A DNA stretch of 63,750 nt, the filler included. It is 4 parts of 4 records of this genome, joined end to end, with 100 filler letters (N's around TTAATTAATTAA, not from the genome) between each part and the next. Parts side by side here need not be neighbours in the genome. Positions count along the whole stretch, not along the records: positions 58,556 to 63,750 come from SRR20825019_1049; 3 more parts are not named here. The stretch is one strand, 5' to 3'. The translations under genes and the position numbers were made by a program. The notes below the pieces were generated by a model. The model saw only the letters and a program-made list of their open reading frames with translations. It was not told the origin of the DNA and did not search any database. Positions within the stretch are counted from its first letter, which is position 1. Each line of letters starts with the position of its first letter. Positions 60,265 through 63,750 of this stretch are shown piece after piece.

Positions 60265-62991
60265 TTAGTAATGGCGGCGTACATGTGTCGCCTCATCATG
60301 GGCTCGCACATGTGATGGCTCCTTTGATTTCTTGTACCCATATTGTGGAGACCTCTCCGCATCCGACGTCCCACCAGATGAGTACAGCAGGATCCGCTTC
60401 CCAGTAGCGGGGTCGATAGCGTACTGCCCACCATAGATTCCATCGAGGATAGATCGGTACATATAACGTGGAAAGAAACTATCAAATAGTCCCCGATTTG
60501 AACCCCCTCCTCCTCCCTCATACTCATCCCAAAAACTCCCGTCTAACCATCCCACCAAATACGCCAGGATAAATGCAAGCGCAACCGCAAAGACGCATAG
60601 GGATGATATTCTGAGGGACAGCCTCCAGCGGCGGGAGATGTCTTGGTCCTTCTTGGCACGGGCATCGATGAGGGCAGTAGCATCGCGTTCAATCATCGCC
60701 TTGAGGGCCTCCCCATCAGGAATATCCTTGAAAACCGTATCGGCATCCCAATTACACTGGGAGAGCTTCTTTAACCACAAAAGCGCCTTCGAGACATGAA
60801 AATGCGTCAATTGACGAATCTTGGTCTCGCGGTCCATTTTCGCAAATCCATTGATTGCACCACCGCTGTTCATGGTGAGCTTATTTCTGGAGGCGGCAGC
60901 GTTGGGTGCGATTTGGGAGAGAGATGCTCCTGATGTAGTGGTGGGGTCATCCTTCTTCTTGGGGGGAACCTTAGCCGCGTCCAACACTTCCTGGGATTTA
61001 TCCGAGGGGTTCTTATCAACAATTGTATCCGCCTCGAATGCCATGGACAGGTGCAATCTTGCCAACGTTAATGCCGCCTTACTGTGCCCGTACTTACATG
61101 CTCGCTCCAACCACGAACAGGCCTCGTCCGTTTCCCTCAAGCTCAAGAAACACATACCCATATCGTACTGGGCATGTGCCAATCCACTCTCCGCCAACGG
61201 CATCATGGCTGCAATAAATGTGGTGTCGTCCCAGTCCATGCTATCGTCGAGATAGATGAGGTGGTATTGAGCATACCGACTTTGGAAGGGAATACTTCCC
61301 CCTGTTGCCACCGCCGCTGGTGGTGCTGCTCCTTTTCCCAGCGAGGATGAAGGGGCAGAAGTAGTAGGGACTGCCTTGCTTTTGTTGGTTGCCCGCTTCA
61401 ACATTGTGATAAGACGGCCAGGGGTAGTGGTACCGGCTATATCGGCCATTGAGGTGGTACCAGGCTGGATACGCTCCACCGTCCCAGGAGTCCCAAGCCC
61501 ATCCCCAATTATAATATTATCCGCATTCCCACCAACCGCTGCGTGTACGAACTGGTACAGGCCAACGGGGTTGGTAGGGGTCAGGGTGTCGATGTGGTGG
61601 ACGGTGGCTAAATCCTTGGCATGGAGTGCAGCATGGTGATGACACGCAAAGGTCGTAGGGACTCGCTTCCTGATAGTATCGGTAGTACTACTACTGATAC
61701 TACTAGCCTCCAACGCAACACTGCTACTATTATTGTTGTTGTTGTTGTTGGCAGTGGGGGAGGGGGAGAACGCGCACTCGAAATCCTGAGGGGGTCGATG
61801 CAGTTGATCTGCAGATAATGATGATGTTGGGGCGATCATGTCATTCTCACGCATGGAACCCGACATACTATCAATCTGTGCGTGGGAGAGGCTACAGCTT
61901 GCACTACTACCCCTCCTTGATGCCGATGCTGCATTGCTATTTTTATTGTTGGATACCGATGTTGTTGTGGGAAGTGGGGAGGTGGAGACTTGGGATAGCA
62001 GCGAGCACACCAACGATGCCACAAAGTACTCCCTCAGGGGCATCAGCATGGAGTCGAGGAACGCAACTGTCTGAGGGCTACCCTGCGCAGATGGTGGCAG
62101 GGATGCTAGGACTTGGGCACGGATGGCGGTGTCCTGTGCGCGCACACCCTGGCGAATGGTTGATAGCTTTTTAAGGTCCTCAGTGGATAAAACATCCTCC
62201 TCCTTGATGGGGGTGGTAGTATCACCATCATCGCTCTCAGATCGACGGCGGCGGATTGCGGCCTTCAGCTCCTCCTCTTGATCGTACAGCTCCCCCTTCT
62301 TCACTAGCATGTCTATCCACTCCAAAACGTGTGCACGTTGTAGTGGGAGGTCGAAGGAGACGAATCGGAGCGCCTTGTGCCACGGATGTTCTGGTAGATT
62401 AGACTTTACATCGTCCACGGCCTGGAACACAAAGCGTTGTAGTGACGAGATGGTCATGGGTCTACGAGAGCCTGTTGTTGAGCGGGAACTTGTCGACACG
62501 TCTGATCGGATTGACGACTCACACACATCCCCTCCTCCCTTCTTTCCTCCACCTCCCTCCTCCTCTTCTTCATCGTCACTATTACTGCCAAGTAGACCAT
62601 CGAGATCATCATCATTAGGGGGATGGGGGAACTTGCGGCGCCAGGAGGATGCAACCTCCACCCTATGGTCCTCCAGCAATGCCAACACCTCCCCCACCTT
62701 CTTTTTATAAGAGGGGTGCCTCCATCGTACACGGAGCGCTGTGCAGAGAGGCTTGCAATCAAATAATGAAGATGCACCACCAGATGGCGATGTGGGGGAC
62801 ACCTTCCTCGAAGATAGTGTGGGCTGTACTGATGCAGTGGCCGTAGTAGTAGTAGTAGTGGCGGATGTTGGTGTTGCTTGGTGGGGGGACTTGGGCATAT
62901 TATGATTTTTCTCGTCCCCACTTAACTTTGCTGATGGAGGTACGACAGTGGTAGTCGTAGGTTTTTGGGCAGAGCCCGATTTCTTCGGCAT
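60265..62991 (-). CDS. Eukaryotic low-complexity protein with SEL1-like repeat and C-terminal TM helix
   Basis: Poly-T/E/N/S tracts; LAESGLAHAQYDMG...WLERACKYGHSKAALTLA; TM LCVFAVALAFILAYLVGWL. Confidence 0.75.
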   Translation of the reverse strand: MPKKSGSAQKPTTTTVVPPSAKLSGDEKNHNMPKSPHQATPTSATTTTTTATASVQPTLSSRKVSPTSPSGGASSLFDCKPLCTALRVRWRHPSYKKKVGEVLALLEDHRVEVASSWRRKFPHPPNDDDLDGLLGSNSDDEEEEEGGGGKKGGGDVCESSIRSDVSTSSRSTTGSRRPMTISSLQRFVFQAVDDVKSNLPEHPWHKALRFVSFDLPLQRAHVLEWIDMLVKKGELYDQEEELKAAIRRRRSESDDGDTTTPIKEEDVLSTEDLKKLSTIRQGVRAQDTAIRAQVLASLPPSAQGSPQTVAFLDSMLMPLREYFVASLVCSLLSQVSTSPLPTTTSVSNNKNSNAASASRRGSSASCSLSHAQIDSMSGSMRENDMIAPTSSLSADQLHRPPQDFECAFSPSPTANNNNNNNSSSVALEASSISSSTTDTIRKRVPTTFACHHHAALHAKDLATVHHIDTLTPTNPVGLYQFVHAAVGGNADNIIIGDGLGTPGTVERIQPGTTSMADIAGTTTPGRLITMLKRATNKSKAVPTTSAPSSSLGKGAAPPAAVATGGSIPFQSRYAQYHLIYLDDSMDWDDTTFIAAMMPLAESGLAHAQYDMGMCFLSLRETDEACSWLERACKYGHSKAALTLARLHLSMAFEADTIVDKNPSDKSQEVLDAAKVPPKKKDDPTTTSGASLSQIAPNAAASRNKLTMNSGGAINGFAKMDRETKIRQLTHFHVSKALLWLKKLSQCNWDADTVFKDIPDGEALKAMIERDATALIDARAKKDQDISRRWRLSLRISSLCVFAVALAFILAYLVGWLDGSFWDEYEGGGGGSNRGLFDSFFPRYMYRSILDGIYGGQYAIDPATGKRILLYSSGGTSDAERSPQYGYKKSKEPSHVRAHDEATHVRRHY

Positions 62992-63013
62992 GAAAATAAA
63001 AGGGGTATTGACT

Positions 63014-63060
63014 CTAAGGAGAATATTTTAAAAATATGAGAGGGGAGCGGGAAATTGAAA
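63014..63060 (-). promoter_or_regulatory. Putative polypyrimidine tract and trans-splice acceptor AG
   Basis: Minus strand TTTCAATTTCCCGCTCCCCTCTC...TTCTCCTTAG, ending about 22 nt before ATG 62991. Confidence 0.5.
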
Positions 63061-63185
63061 TAATAACATACATTTTAAAGTAATACTCAATTTTAATAAA
63101 CACTTCAAAAATTTGTCATTTTGGTAACTAACTAACTTCGTAAACATTCTCCTCTCCCTTTTCTGTTTTGGTCTGGTCTACTTTT

Positions 63186-63704
63186 TTAGTAAACACGGAA
63201 CTCGAAGTCAAGATTTTTTGGGGGAGAGTTGGCCTTGTACAAGTCAGCAGGCTGCTGAATCTTGTTGAACAACGGCTGGCGTCTGTGTCGGGTAAGCTCT
63301 GCATTTGTTGCCCGTAGCTCCATGGGCATCTTCTCGTTAAAAGCCCTGTTGCGGGTACGGAGCTTCGACATGTAGAGCTTCTGGGAGTGCTGCTCGATGG
63401 GTCTCCAGTAGTAACGGAGATCCTTCTGGGAGTCCGAGCGGCCGATTCTACGACGCCTCATGCGCCCTCCTAGTGCCACCCACACACGATCCAGCTTGCT
63501 GCCCATCTCCTTAAAACGATACTGCCAAACCTTCTGCCTGTGGTCTCCTGATCCAAGATTACGAGCAGTAACAGGGGCGATACGACGGCCCATGTTGGTG
63601 GTCTCCTTCTCGCCGTATAGGGGGTACCTGATGGTGGAGGAGTGGAACATGCCCAGTGCAACAGGGGTCGCCTGGAACATACTAGGGACACAACGACGGA
63701 GCAT
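63186..63704 (-). CDS. Mitochondrion-targeted basic protein, bL35m-like mitoribosomal protein
   Basis: MLRR targeting peptide; FKEMGSKLDRVWVALGGRMRRRRIGR aligns without gaps to the bL35 pattern MKTxKGAAKRFKVTGSGKIKRRRAGK. Confidence 0.6.
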   Translation of the reverse strand: MLRRCVPSMFQATPVALGMFHSSTIRYPLYGEKETTNMGRRIAPVTARNLGSGDHRQKVWQYRFKEMGSKLDRVWVALGGRMRRRRIGRSDSQKDLRYYWRPIEQHSQKLYMSKLRTRNRAFNEKMPMELRATNAELTRHRRQPLFNKIQQPADLYKANSPPKNLDFEFRVY

Positions 63705-63750
63705 CTTACTTGTACTTTTGTGCAGATGTTGATTGTTTTCTATTTTAAAA

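Noticed and set aside
57202-62991. Adjacent bacterial and eukaryotic SEL1 genes as horizontal transfer
   Set aside because: They lie on different contigs separated by an artificial linker and share only the generic repeat

Overview
The window is not one genome. It is four unrelated contigs joined by artificial N-padded TTAATTAATTAA six-frame-stop linkers (31341-31440, 46142-46241, 58456-58555). Contig 1 (1-31340) is AT-rich Flavobacteriaceae-type housekeeping DNA (glyQS, ComF, ABC-F, pckA, hemD, pyrC, tyrS, RND efflux, truncated tRNA-fMet). It carries one AT-rich orphan gene followed by a degenerate attC-like palindrome. Contig 2 (31441-46141) is a second, GC-richer Flavobacteriaceae-type genome (ALDH, GntR, mobA with a MoaD lacking its Gly-Gly end, two DUF1080 genes, a peptidoglycan-hydrolase operon, pirin, serine hydrolase). 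Contig 3 (46242-58455) is GC-rich and PVC/Opitutae-like (PEP-CTERM, ppdK, ArsR-SRPBCC, SEL1). It contains a small decaying defence islet: a Vsr remnant, an HNH nuclease, an unknown gene, and a frameshifted DUF6036-like nucleotidyltransferase with an intact partner. That partner ends in an AT-hook-like motif plus a PAP1/YAP-bZIP-like basic region, and a TTACGTAA palindrome overlaps the operon's putative promoter; this is the best candidate for something new. Contig 4 (58556-63750) is eukaryotic and kinetoplastid-like (intronless co-directional genes, polypyrimidine-AG trans-splice-like signals, a bL35m-like mitoribosomal protein). All calls are from motif recognition by eye; no searches were run.
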